64,000 nt of DNA from a bacterium UBP6_UBA1209 (lineage in GTDB: Bacteria; UBP6; UBA1177): the NCBI GenBank assembly GCA_002309575.1, contig DBXP01000004.1, forward strand, positions 4,077 to 68,076, written 5' to 3'. Below, piece after piece: positions 37,854 to 47,788 of this stretch (its first letter is position 1; each line of letters starts with the position of its first letter). The translations under genes and the position numbers were made by a program. Below the pieces are notes generated by a model. That model was given only the letters and a program-made list of their open reading frames with translations, had not been told where the DNA came from and did not search any database.

Positions 37854-39419
37854 CAGAGAAATTCAATAATTATGCTGTTTCTTGCATTGTTTTTCCTTGT
37901 CTCCTGTTCCTCCTCGCATTCTTCCTCAGATTCCGATGCGGTGCCAGACTCAGATTCGGACAATTCTGGAACTGCTGATGCCGATGTTTCGGAAGACTCG
38001 GATCCTGTTGATGATTCCGACAAAACACCGGATGCAGATTCTGATGCGGACAACGATTCCGATACGCCGGAAACTGTTGAATGTCTTGATCTGCGCTACA
38101 ACGAAAACACGATCAAAACACCTTTCCCGTTCAAAGATGCCAACGGCAAACCGACTTTCTGCCGCCCAGGCTGCGACACGCCGACAGAAAACGATCCGCA
38201 GTGTGTCCGCAACATCTGGGATTGGGAGAACTGGGAAGTGTATCAGCGTTACCTCGAAGCACAGGATAAAGACCAAAACCAGACAACGGAACGTGCCTGT
38301 TATCCGTGGCCCTGTGTTTTGCCGGATATGCACGCACAAACAAAAGCTGAACTCAGCACATTTGTCAGCAGTTGCGATCGCTTACTTACTGTGAATGGTT
38401 TTTCTGTCACAATGGGAACAGTGTGGTCAAATGGTATGTATGACGGAGTTGTCGGAATTCAATTTCAGCACCATGGCAGCATGATAGTTGAATATGATCC
38501 CGAAAGAGATGAATACATGACTTTGGGTCAAAACAGAGCTTTATCATTCAACGAAGGTCGTTATGTTGTGGAGGTTTATGACAGGATTCCCGGAGATTAT
38601 CCAAACGACTACAAAGTTTTTACAGTTTCTGTGTTGCGGACAGAAAAAGGTTATTTCTATGAACTGATTCGTAATAATTATGAACACAGAGATAAATTTT
38701 CCGATCCGCCGTTTGCTGGAAAGAACTGGGCTTTGCTGCGTCTGACCGGAGGAAAAACGGTTTATGCTTCTTCCAAAGATTGGGAATGGCATGAGATCGG
38801 CGGGATCAACAACTACGCCGGAGAAGGCAACATTGTCGGAGACCACCTGACATTCATCACGAACAACCGCGAGCTTTATTACTGCGACCTGCGTAAATAC
38901 CCGAAGCATATTGATGAATGTTTCAAACTCAACCGCAAGTATGAAGACGGCTATGAAGAGCTTGGTCACAGCCCCAGGATCGACTTGGAAAACGAATACC
39001 GCGTTGTTTACAATGTTTACGGAACACCGACATTTGTTGAGGTTGACTTGAAGGATTTGAGTGACCCCCAATACACAGAATACAAAGTTGAAAAAAGCAG
39101 ACCGCAAGCCGCTTTATTCGGACCCAGCATGTTGATTGGAAACAGGGTGGTTTATATCGAATCTGATCCAAACGACGACATCGGCTGTTTTTACCGTTTT
39201 GACAAGCAGAAAACATACTGCCAAAAAGAAAAAACTTTTTCGACAGATCCGTCTGATCTGATGGGCTACAATGTTTTCTGGGGAAAGTGGCATCTTTGGA
39301 AACGCATAACTCGGCCGACAGCCATAATCAGAGATTTAGAGTGTTACTGCAATGAAACCGGAATTTGTCCTTTGGAACCTGCGACGGAAGAGGAGCTCAA
39401 TCGCAATACGACGAAATGA
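37851..39419 (+). CDS. hypothetical lipoprotein with D/S-rich acidic linker and Cys-rich globular C-terminal region
   Basis: Start MQRNSIIMLFLALFFLVSC (lipobox LVSC). SDSD-rich low-complexity region. No recognisable domain. Shares a 5-prime leader with the Sel1 gene. Confidence 0.75.
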   Translation: MQRNSIIMLFLALFFLVSCSSSHSSSDSDAVPDSDSDNSGTADADVSEDSDPVDDSDKTPDADSDADNDSDTPETVECLDLRYNENTIKTPFPFKDANGKPTFCRPGCDTPTENDPQCVRNIWDWENWEVYQRYLEAQDKDQNQTTERACYPWPCVLPDMHAQTKAELSTFVSSCDRLLTVNGFSVTMGTVWSNGMYDGVVGIQFQHHGSMIVEYDPERDEYMTLGQNRALSFNEGRYVVEVYDRIPGDYPNDYKVFTVSVLRTEKGYFYELIRNNYEHRDKFSDPPFAGKNWALLRLTGGKTVYASSKDWEWHEIGGINNYAGEGNIVGDHLTFITNNRELYYCDLRKYPKHIDECFKLNRKYEDGYEELGHSPRIDLENEYRVVYNVYGTPTFVEVDLKDLSDPQYTEYKVEKSRPQAALFGPSMLIGNRVVYIESDPNDDIGCFYRFDKQKTYCQKEKTFSTDPSDLMGYNVFWGKWHLWKRITRPTAIIRDLECYCNETGICPLEPATEEELNRNTTK

Positions 39420-39446
39420 CTTCGACCTTTGACAGGGGAGTCCCTC

Positions 39447-40214
39447 TTATTTCTTCGATTTTTTGTTGTACTTTTTGAGGAACTCCTCGGCGAGTTCCAT
39501 ATATTTTTTTGAGCCGATGGAGGAGATGTCGTAAAGAGAAATCGGTTGCCCGAAGCTCGGTGATTCGCTGAGCTTGACGTTTCTCGGAATTACGGTTTTG
39601 AAGACCAGGTCGCCGAAGTGCTCGCGGACGTCGTTTTCGACTTCAAATGTGAGTTTCAGGCGCTTGTCGTACATCGTGAGCAGAATCCCGTAAATCTTTA
39701 TGTTTTCGTTAAATTCCTGAATGGCTTCAAGTGTTTCCAGGATTCTTGAAAGTCCTTCGAGAGCGAAGTATTCGCACTGGATCGGAATCAGGACGCCGTC
39801 ACAGGCAACCATGTTGTTGACTGTCAGAATGTTGAGCGAAGGCGGTGAATCGATGATTATGTAGTCGAATTTGTCCTTGACTTTTGCGAGCGTCTCCTTC
39901 AGCACGAATTCGCGGTTTTCGACATCAAGAAGCTCGATTTCGGCTCCGGTGAGGTCGGAATTGCAGGGGATCACCTTCAAAAACGGCAGTTCGGTGTTGT
40001 AAATCGCCGTTACGTCGGATGACGCCATCATGTCGTAAATGGTTTTGAAGGATTTCTCCTTGATCGAGCTCATCGAGGTCGCGTTTCCCTGCGGATCCAT
40101 GTCGATAAGCAGGGTCTTTTTCTCGAAAATGCTGAGCGAAGCAGCAAAATTTACGGCGGTCGTTGTCTTGCCTACACCGCCCTTCTGGTTTATGACCGAA
40201 ATGATTTTTCCCAT
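39447..40214 (-). CDS. parA: ParA/Soj-family ATPase (no adjacent parB)
   Basis: Deviant Walker A KGGVGKTT. 255 aa. Last gene of the purD-engB operon; the next gene is convergent. Confidence 0.9.
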   Translation of the reverse strand: MGKIISVINQKGGVGKTTTAVNFAASLSIFEKKTLLIDMDPQGNATSMSSIKEKSFKTIYDMMASSDVTAIYNTELPFLKVIPCNSDLTGAEIELLDVENREFVLKETLAKVKDKFDYIIIDSPPSLNILTVNNMVACDGVLIPIQCEYFALEGLSRILETLEAIQEFNENIKIYGILLTMYDKRLKLTFEVENDVREHFGDLVFKTVIPRNVKLSESPSFGQPISLYDISSIGSKKYMELAEEFLKKYNKKSKK

Positions 40215-40223
40215 GTTCTCTCC

Positions 40224-40736
40224 TTAGGGGATCGGATATTCCAGCAGTTTCTGACGTTTGAAAAGGTTCTCCTGCCAGTCTTCGATCGCCTTTTTTTTCT
40301 CAGCCGCAGAAGGATCCTTTTCTTTGAAGCGCTTCTCTAAAAAGAGCTCAGTCATCTTGTCGGCTGTCAGTCTCATTTTTATTATTGTTTTAAACTCCAG
40401 ATCGGAAATATCGTATTTTGCCAGGAAATTCTTCATATAGATGTTTTTCCGGTAAGTCTCGACCTTCTGGTTTATCAGCTTTTCATCGATCGTTACCTCC
40501 TGTGACCGGGCCTCTTCAAAGGTGATTATCCTGAAAATGAGAAGCTTGAGCACCTGTTTTTTGAGGTCGGCGGAAAGCGGAGTCTCGGGCGGGACATTGT
40601 TTTCGATGTTTAGAAGCTCGCCCTCCTGCAGAAGCTCGGAGTAGGTGATCGCACGGTTGTTGAGGCTTGCTACCACCGATTCCACCGGCATTTGCGAAAA
40701 GAGAAGCGCCATTATTAAAATCGAAAACGAATTCAA
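40224..40736 (-). CDS. secreted SurA N-terminal domain-like protein (periplasmic chaperone-like)
   Basis: Signal peptide then VVASLNNRAITYSELLQE, a SurA_N-like start. 170 aa. No PPIase domain. Confidence 0.55.
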   Translation of the reverse strand: MNSFSILIMALLFSQMPVESVVASLNNRAITYSELLQEGELLNIENNVPPETPLSADLKKQVLKLLIFRIITFEEARSQEVTIDEKLINQKVETYRKNIYMKNFLAKYDISDLEFKTIIKMRLTADKMTELFLEKRFKEKDPSAAEKKKAIEDWQENLFKRQKLLEYPIP

Positions 40737-40740
40737 GGTG

Positions 40741-41310
40741 TTACTCCGAAAAACTCAGCCTGTTTTCAATATGCTGCAGGAGCTCGTCGCGTCCGGCACC
40801 GGTCACAGCACTCACTGTCAATACACCCGGGTTTTTCTGCTTCAAAACGGCAAGTTCGTTTCTGCTGAGCTTGTCGGTTTTCGTGAAGACCGGCGTATAG
40901 CGGATCTTGTGGAAATCGAGAAATTCCATCATCTGCGTGTCGTTTGCCTGTCTCGGAAGCCTCGAATCAAGCAGCAGAAAGATGTCGGCAAGCTCTTTTC
41001 TTGTGGTCAGGTAGCGCTCGATAAGACGCTGCCAGAGCTGCTGTTCTGCCGCCGAACGCTGCGCGAAGCCGTACCCGGGGAGGTCGACGCAGTAAAAGCT
41101 GCCGTTTACCGAAAAGTAGTTGAGAAGCACCGTCTTTCCAGGCTTTTTCGAGGTTTTTACGAAATTTCTGCGATTAAAGAGCATGTTCATCAGGCTAGAC
41201 TTTCCGACATTGGAACGGCCGATAAATGCAAATTCGGCAAGTCCGTCCGCGGGAAGCGCATCCGCCGAGGCTACGCTTTTTATAAACTCTACATTTTTAA
41301 CGGTTAGCAT
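40741..41310 (-). CDS. engB: ribosome biogenesis GTP-binding protein YihA/EngB
   Basis: G1 GRSNVGKSSL, G3 DLPGYG and G4 TKTDK. Start taken at MLTVKN; the listed ORF is longer and overlaps purD. Confidence 0.85.
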   Translation of the reverse strand: MLTVKNVEFIKSVASADALPADGLAEFAFIGRSNVGKSSLMNMLFNRRNFVKTSKKPGKTVLLNYFSVNGSFYCVDLPGYGFAQRSAAEQQLWQRLIERYLTTRKELADIFLLLDSRLPRQANDTQMMEFLDFHKIRYTPVFTKTDKLSRNELAVLKQKNPGVLTVSAVTGAGRDELLQHIENRLSFSE

Positions 41311-42619
41311 CAGACTCTCTTTTAAGCTCCTTAAAGGCAATGTCGTGCCTGAATTGAATGCCGTCAAATTTTATTCTGTCAACATTTTTGTAGACGTTGT
41401 CGATCGCCTCTCTGATCGTTTTTCCGGAGGTCGTAACCATCAGGACTCTGCCGCCGTCAGTTACGGTCCTGCCGTCGTCGGAAAGTTTTGTCCCTGCGTG
41501 GAACACAGTAAAATCATTTGATTTTTCGCCCAGACCGGTAATGACCTTACCCTTTTCGTAGCTGTCAGGATAGCCTTTGCTTGCAAGGACGACCGAGATC
41601 CCGTAGCCTTGATGCCACAGGAAGTCAGGCAGCATCTCGAGCTGCATCACAGGCGGGTTCTGGTGTTTGAAAAATCTCGTGTTCTCTGCCGCTGAGAGGA
41701 AGTAGGGGACGATGTCGCTTACAAGCATGAACATGAGCGGTTCAGTCTCTGGATCGCCGAAACGTACATTGAATTCAAGGACATAAGGCTCTCCTTCGAC
41801 CAGCATGAGGCCGATGTAGAGGATGCCGCGGTAGACGATTTTACGTCTTTTGAGCTCTGCGAGTAACGGCTGGGTTATGGTTTTGTCGATCTTCTGATAG
41901 AGCTCGTCTGTTCCGAGTGAAACGGGCGTGTAGGCTCCCATCCCGCCGGTGTTTTTTCCCGTGTCGCCGTCTGAAACAGCCTTGTGATCCTGCGAAAAGA
42001 GGAAATTCTTGACCGAATCGCCGTCCGTTATCAGCAGGAGCGAAAGCTCTTCACCCTTCAGAAATTCTTCGATCACGACAGTTTCGCCGGCGCTTTTGAA
42101 CTTTCCGCCGAGCATCTCGGCAAGCTCTTTTTCAGCCTCCTCCAGGGTTTCGCAGATGACAACGCCCTTTCCGGCAGCAAGTCCGTCAGCCTTGAGTACG
42201 ACCGGAAACTTCGATTTTTTCAGGACGGCCTCGCCCTCTTTCATGGTCGTAACGACTGAATACGCTGCAGTCGGGATGTCAGCCGATTTCATGACCTCTT
42301 TGGCAAAAGCCTTGCTCGACTCAAGCTGAGCCGCCTCCTGGCTGACTCCGAAGATCGGGAGCCCGCGGCGTGAAAATTCGTTGACGATCCCCTTTGCGAG
42401 GTAATCTTCCGGACCTACGACTGTGAGGTCGATCGCTGCTGAAGCAGCGAAATCCGCGATCGCCTGAACCGAATCTTCTTTTATCTGCGGGATCTCCGCA
42501 ATCTCCGCGATACCTGCGTTCCCGGGGTAGCAGTAGACCTTGTCTACATAAAAACTTTGAGCGATTTTCCACACGAGAGCGTGCTCACGCGCCCCTTTAC
42601 CGACGACTAAAACTTTCAT
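41297..42619 (-). CDS. purD: phosphoribosylamine--glycine ligase
   Basis: MKVLVVGKGAREHALVWK and ATP-grasp motifs. 440 aa. Confidence 0.95.
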   Translation of the reverse strand: MKVLVVGKGAREHALVWKIAQSFYVDKVYCYPGNAGIAEIAEIPQIKEDSVQAIADFAASAAIDLTVVGPEDYLAKGIVNEFSRRGLPIFGVSQEAAQLESSKAFAKEVMKSADIPTAAYSVVTTMKEGEAVLKKSKFPVVLKADGLAAGKGVVICETLEEAEKELAEMLGGKFKSAGETVVIEEFLKGEELSLLLITDGDSVKNFLFSQDHKAVSDGDTGKNTGGMGAYTPVSLGTDELYQKIDKTITQPLLAELKRRKIVYRGILYIGLMLVEGEPYVLEFNVRFGDPETEPLMFMLVSDIVPYFLSAAENTRFFKHQNPPVMQLEMLPDFLWHQGYGISVVLASKGYPDSYEKGKVITGLGEKSNDFTVFHAGTKLSDDGRTVTDGGRVLMVTTSGKTIREAIDNVYKNVDRIKFDGIQFRHDIAFKELKRESDANR

Positions 42620-42783
42620 TTAAGACCTCACTGAAAAATGCTAGCCACGTCAAAATGAGAAGTATAAAAAAAATTTTTTATTAGGAAAGCAATATTTTTT
42701 GCCAAAACCGGCCTGCAACATATACTCTACCCTCAAAATGGCATTTGCCGAATTTGAATAACTTTTTTTTAATGGAGATGAGC

Positions 42784-43779
42784 ATGAATTTTATCGAATC
42801 ACTTCGCGCTAAGGCAGTTAAGGCACAAAAAACAATAATTCTTCCTGAAGGCTGCGAGCCGAGAACACTCAAGGCTACAGAGATCATCGTCAAGGAAAAT
42901 ATCGCCAAGGTTATTCTCGTCGGCAACGAGGAGAAGATCAAGGCAGCTGCAAAGGAGCTTGGAGTCTGCGTATGCGGTGCTCAGATCGTCGATCCTGTCA
43001 AGAGCGAGCATTTTGAAGAACTTGTCAATGCTTTTTACGAGCTCAGAAAGGCTAAAGGCGTAGACATGGAAAAGGCACGCGCAATGGTCTCCGACGAGGT
43101 CTACTTCGCAACGATGATGGTCAAAATGGGCTATGCGGACGGTCTTGTCAGCGGCGCGATCCACACGACCGGCGACACGATCAAGCCTGCGCTCCAGATC
43201 ATAAAAACGAAACCCGGGATCAAATCGGTCTCCAGCACATTCGTTATGATTGTTCCGAACTGCGACATGGGCAGCAACGGAATGTTCCTCTTCGGCGACT
43301 GCGCAGTCAACCCGAACCCGACATCGGAAGAGCTTGCCGAGAACGCGATCCTCACTGCGCAGACCGCAAAATCCTTCTGCGATATGGATCCGAAGGTCGC
43401 GATGCTCAGCTTCTCGACCTACGGCAGCGCTAAGCACGAATTCGTCGATAAAGTTGCAAACGCAGTCAAAATCGTCAGAGAGACGGCTCCCGATCTCGCT
43501 GTCGACGGCGAAATCCAGGCAGATGCAGCTATGGTTGCAAGCGTCGGCAAGACAAAATGTCCGACAAGCCCGATCGCAGGACAGGCAAACGTCCTTATTT
43601 TCCCCGACCTTCAGAGTGGAAACATCGGCTACAAACTCGTTCAGAGACTTGCAAAGGCTGAAGCTGTCGGTCCTTTCCTTCAGGGTATCGCAAAGCCGGT
43701 CAACGACCTTTCGAGAGGCTGTTCGGTCGACGATATCGTAAATGTAGTCGCAGCTACAGCGGTCCAGGCTGCAAACTGA
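42784..43779 (+). CDS. pta: phosphate acetyltransferase
   Basis: Pta family: MNFIESLRAKA...IILPEG and C-terminal GDCAVNPNP...SRGCS. The listed ORF starts earlier at 42745. Confidence 0.85.
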   Translation: MNFIESLRAKAVKAQKTIILPEGCEPRTLKATEIIVKENIAKVILVGNEEKIKAAAKELGVCVCGAQIVDPVKSEHFEELVNAFYELRKAKGVDMEKARAMVSDEVYFATMMVKMGYADGLVSGAIHTTGDTIKPALQIIKTKPGIKSVSSTFVMIVPNCDMGSNGMFLFGDCAVNPNPTSEELAENAILTAQTAKSFCDMDPKVAMLSFSTYGSAKHEFVDKVANAVKIVRETAPDLAVDGEIQADAAMVASVGKTKCPTSPIAGQANVLIFPDLQSGNIGYKLVQRLAKAEAVGPFLQGIAKPVNDLSRGCSVDDIVNVVAATAVQAAN

Positions 43780-43798
43780 TTTTTCCACGAGGCTTACT

Positions 43799-45364
43799 TT
43801 GAGCACGAAATCGATGCTTAAGGCAAGCTCCGTTCTTGCTGTTTTTACGCTTCTTTCGCGGGTCCTCGGACTTGTCCGCGAATCCGTGAGAGCGGCGCTT
43901 CTCGGTACCACCGCGCTCGGCGACGCTTTTACAGTCGCCTTCATGCTGCCTGACTTTTTCCGAAGGCTTGCCGCGGACGGCATTCTGACCTCATCGTTTG
44001 TACCGGCCTTCAAAAGTTTGATCGCAAAAGGCGACAGGGAGGAGACCAGAGCCTTTTTGAGCGGTATCTTTTCGGTCGCCTGCTCTGTTTTTTTCGCCCT
44101 GACCGTTATCGGAATGCTGGCGTCAGGTGCGCTTTCATCGCTGTTTGCTCCGTCGCTTGAGCCGGAGACGGCAGCCGAATCGTCGAGACTCATAAAAATC
44201 ATGCTGCCGTACCTTGCCTTCATCACGGCTGGCACGCTGATCCAGGGTGTTTTGAACTGCGTCGGGGTTTTCAAGCCGAGCGGTTTCGCGCCGGTCGTCT
44301 TCAACATAACCGTTATCGCCGCCGCTTTTTTGCTCAAGCCTTTTACCGCCAATCCGGCACGCGCTCTGGCAGTCGGCGTCCTCTGCGGCGGTCTCTTCCA
44401 GCTTCTTTTCCAGCTGCCGTTTTTTTTGAAAACACCCTTCAGATTTTCGGCAACCGGGCTTCTGAAATCTCTTTCGAATCCGGCAGTGAAACGGCTTTGC
44501 GTACTTTTTCTGCCGACGGCTGTCGGAGTCGGAGCTTATCAAATCAACATCCTGGTTTCGACCAGAATTGCCAACAGCGCAGGAGTCGGAGTCGTCAGCA
44601 GCCTCCAGTTTTCAACGCGGATCGAAGATCTGATCCTCGGTATTTTCGTGGTTTCGCTCAGCACGGTCATTCTGCCGGAACTTGTCCTGGAGGCAAAAAG
44701 CGGCAACACGGAGGCATTTGAAAAATGTGCCCGGACGGCGATGAAACTTGTCTCTTTCGTTACGATCCCGGCTATTTTGTTCACGCTCTTCTTTGCAACC
44801 GAAATGGTCGGGCTTCTTTTCGGGTTCGGCAGCTTCGGCAGTGAATCCGTCTCGATGACAGCCTTCGCGTTGAGATTCCACATCGTCGGACTTTTTTTTG
44901 TTGCCGCTGCAAAGATCCTTAACCCTGTTTTTTTCGCTAAGGAGAGGCTTCTCTTTCCAGTAACGGCGGGCTGTACTTCAATTGCGGTGAACCTGATTTT
45001 TTCGCTTCTCCTCGTCGAGAGAATGAAGGGCGGAGGCATCGCCCTCGCCTCGACGATCGCTGCTGCTGCGGCGGCCCTGGTTCTGCTGGCAGGTCTCGGA
45101 CGTCACCTCAAAGCTACAGGCCCGTGGCTGGTCTATTCTTTGAAAATAACAATAATTTCAGCAATATGTGTCCTGCCTGCCGTCCTTTTGCGATCTCCGC
45201 TTCAGCAGTTTTTGTCAGCTTATCCTGATTCAAAGACGGCTCAGCTTCTTCTCTTCGGAATTCCGGCTGCAGTTTTTGTCGTGCTGTTTGCCGCAATCTC
45301 CTTTGCCGTGAATGACGAGACGCTGAAGGCGATCCGGCGGCTTGGAAAAAGTGATGATCGATAA
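43799..45364 (+). CDS. murJ: lipid II flippase MurJ (MviN)
   Basis: MurJ N-terminus LSRVLGLVRESVRAALLGTTALGDAFTVAF. 14 TM helices. 521 aa. Confidence 0.9.
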   Translation: MSTKSMLKASSVLAVFTLLSRVLGLVRESVRAALLGTTALGDAFTVAFMLPDFFRRLAADGILTSSFVPAFKSLIAKGDREETRAFLSGIFSVACSVFFALTVIGMLASGALSSLFAPSLEPETAAESSRLIKIMLPYLAFITAGTLIQGVLNCVGVFKPSGFAPVVFNITVIAAAFLLKPFTANPARALAVGVLCGGLFQLLFQLPFFLKTPFRFSATGLLKSLSNPAVKRLCVLFLPTAVGVGAYQINILVSTRIANSAGVGVVSSLQFSTRIEDLILGIFVVSLSTVILPELVLEAKSGNTEAFEKCARTAMKLVSFVTIPAILFTLFFATEMVGLLFGFGSFGSESVSMTAFALRFHIVGLFFVAAAKILNPVFFAKERLLFPVTAGCTSIAVNLIFSLLLVERMKGGGIALASTIAAAAAALVLLAGLGRHLKATGPWLVYSLKITIISAICVLPAVLLRSPLQQFLSAYPDSKTAQLLLFGIPAAVFVVLFAAISFAVNDETLKAIRRLGKSDDR

Positions 45365-45378
45365 TAGAGGTGTAAGCG

Positions 45379-47787
45379 ATGTACATAGCCTTTTTTCTTG
45401 TTTCAGCGGCTCTCGGGGCGCTTCAGATCCTGGAAATGAGGATCCTCTCATTCTCTGCGTGGCACTATTTCGCCTACGTCATAATCGCTTTGGCGATCAC
45501 GGGGTCTGCCGCTGCCGGAGCCTTTTTTTCTGTAAAAAATTTCAAAAGCGGTGATTTGAGACGGTTTCCTTCGATATTTTCTCTTGTTTTCGGAACGGCG
45601 GTATTTTTGTCGGTCTATCTGATTTCAAAGATCAGGCTTGATGCTCTGATGTCGGATATAATCGCGCAGACAGCTGCCCTGGCGGCAGGTTCGGCTGCTC
45701 TTTCGGTCCCTTCGTTCTGTCTTGGAGCAGTTTCGGTCTGCATCTATTCTGCTTTCAAAGATAAAATCCACCGTTTTTACGCTGTTTCGCTTACCGGCGG
45801 AGCCATCGGGTCTCTTGCGGCACTTCCGCTCATCGATTTTTGCGGAGCTGAAGCTGCAACCTTCGTTATTGCGTTCATGCCGTTCGCCGCAGCCTTTCTT
45901 TTTGCTGACAATAAATCAAAATCATTAAGATTTTTGTCTGCGGGTGCTTCGGTGCTGTTTATACTTTGCGCGGTTTTCATTTCCGGGGAGATCCTTGAGT
46001 TCAGACCGGCCGGGTCAAAGATTTTGGCCGGACTCCTGAGGGACCATATGGCGAAAATTGAATCCTCACGTTGGGACAGAAACGGCAGGGTCGATGTGAC
46101 TGTCAGTGACAAGCCGTTTAATTTATTCAACTATTTCCCCGGCATCAAGAGCAGCGTCGTGACAATTGACGGCGATGCATTCTCTTTTGTTTATGATTTC
46201 GGAGAAAAAAACCAGGCACTTGGGGGCTCGCTCCCCTCTGTAAGCTACTACGGTCTGGAATCTCCCGATGTCCTCTGCATCGGAATGTCGTCAACCGAGA
46301 TCGGACTTGCCTCGTTAGCCGGGGCGAAGCATCTCGATATTGTTGAGGTCAACCGTTCTATGGTCGATCTGGTGGAGGCAAAGTATTCTGAATTCAAGGA
46401 AAACCTGCTAAAAAAAAGCGGAGTTTCCGTTTATAACGATGAGGCGCGACGTTATCTGGCAAACAGCGAAAAAAAGTACGATCTGATAAAGATACCCGGC
46501 GACGAAACCTGGGCCGGAATGAACGGCGGCGCCTATATTTTCAATGAGAGCTATCTCTATACGGTCGAGGCGATCGAGAGCTATCTGGATCATCTGACCG
46601 GTGAAGGGACGCTCAGCTTTATGACCAGGATCTTCTGGCCTCCGCGTGAGACGATGCGCCTTGTAACTGAAATTTCAGCCGTACTCCGTTCGATGGGGAT
46701 AACCAATCCGGGCAGGCACATCATGATCGCAAGCGACGGTGTTCTGGCATCTGTTTCAGTCAAAAAACGCCCCTTTACCTGGACAGAGCTCGATACTTTT
46801 TATGAGCTGACGCTTGGGACGGATAACGTGCGGATCGTCTATGCACCGGGTTTTTCGGCAAACGAAGCATACTTCGCTCCGGTCTTTCAGGGGGTCAATT
46901 TTTCGGCCGAAGCGGGGCGCCTGCTTCTTTCGCAGAGTTTCGACCTTTTCTTTGAAATGGCGGCTCAAGGCCGGGCCGGGCAGTTTGTTGATAATTACAA
47001 GTACGATATTTCTCCGGCAACAGACGACCGTCCCTATTTTTCGATTTTTTTCCGTGTCGGCGAAACCCCTGTGGACAACGGTCTGATGGAATCGCGCCAT
47101 AACGACTACAGCTTTTTTGCGATCGTGCTGATCGTTGTCTCTGTTATCCTGCTTTTTGTGCTCGGGATATCGCTGATCGTCTCTTCCAGCCTGCTTTCGG
47201 AGCTAAAAAACCTAAAAAAGGATTCTGCCGCTGCTTTTGCTCTCTTTTCGATGCTGGGGGCAGGCTTTGTATTTCTTGAAATACCACTGATCCAGCAGTT
47301 TGCCCTTATCTGGGGAGACATTCCCGGAGCGGTTGCGGCAACGACGGCTGTCCTTCTGCCGATGTGCGGGGCGGGATCGTTGTTGAGCGGCAGATCCCTT
47401 GACTTGATGAGACGAAAACCTGCATCTGCGGCGCTTCTGCTTTTTGTGCCGCTGCTTGTTTTCAGCTATGCCTTTGCGATTCCGTGCGCTGCATCGTATT
47501 TCATTGCGTTGTCGTTCGTCCCGAAGCTTCTTCTCACGGCTCTTTTCCTTCTTCCTGTCGGTCTGGTCGCAGGTCAGCTTTTCCCGATTTCTCTTAAAAT
47601 CTACGGGAAAAAGAGTGAAAAGTTTATTCCATGGTGTTACTGCGCGGACGGAGTTGCTTCGATACTTGCGACATTTTTTTCGTTGATTATTTCAATGATC
47701 TGCGGATTTCAGGGGGTCGTGATCATTTCGGCCCTCTGCTATTTTGCGGCAGCTCTGATTATCTGGAAAGCGGCTTTAAAGAGTTGA
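45379..47787 (+). CDS. membrane-fused spermidine synthase-like (polyamine aminopropyltransferase family) protein
   Basis: About 7 N-terminal TM helices, then a spermine/spermidine synthase-like class I MTase fold (VLCIGMSSTEIG...DIVEVNRSMVDLV...VYNDEARRYL...YDLI), then further TM helices. 802 aa. Confidence 0.75.
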   Translation: MYIAFFLVSAALGALQILEMRILSFSAWHYFAYVIIALAITGSAAAGAFFSVKNFKSGDLRRFPSIFSLVFGTAVFLSVYLISKIRLDALMSDIIAQTAALAAGSAALSVPSFCLGAVSVCIYSAFKDKIHRFYAVSLTGGAIGSLAALPLIDFCGAEAATFVIAFMPFAAAFLFADNKSKSLRFLSAGASVLFILCAVFISGEILEFRPAGSKILAGLLRDHMAKIESSRWDRNGRVDVTVSDKPFNLFNYFPGIKSSVVTIDGDAFSFVYDFGEKNQALGGSLPSVSYYGLESPDVLCIGMSSTEIGLASLAGAKHLDIVEVNRSMVDLVEAKYSEFKENLLKKSGVSVYNDEARRYLANSEKKYDLIKIPGDETWAGMNGGAYIFNESYLYTVEAIESYLDHLTGEGTLSFMTRIFWPPRETMRLVTEISAVLRSMGITNPGRHIMIASDGVLASVSVKKRPFTWTELDTFYELTLGTDNVRIVYAPGFSANEAYFAPVFQGVNFSAEAGRLLLSQSFDLFFEMAAQGRAGQFVDNYKYDISPATDDRPYFSIFFRVGETPVDNGLMESRHNDYSFFAIVLIVVSVILLFVLGISLIVSSSLLSELKNLKKDSAAAFALFSMLGAGFVFLEIPLIQQFALIWGDIPGAVAATTAVLLPMCGAGSLLSGRSLDLMRRKPASAALLLFVPLLVFSYAFAIPCAASYFIALSFVPKLLLTALFLLPVGLVAGQLFPISLKIYGKKSEKFIPWCYCADGVASILATFFSLIISMICGFQGVVIISALCYFAAALIIWKAALKS

Positions 47788-47788
47788 T

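Noticed and set aside
35638-39446. Looked for integrase/transposase or flanking long direct repeats defining a mobile element around the accessory cassette
   Set aside because: No recombinase-like ORF and no terminal inverted repeats were seen. Only the internal 34-nt promoter duplication and the 25-nt leader duplication are present, so mobility is inferred only from AT-richness and location.
42799-44352. 517-aa minus-strand ORF
   Set aside because: Antisense to pta and murJ, which both have clear family motifs. Ala/Ser/Arg-rich shadow ORF.
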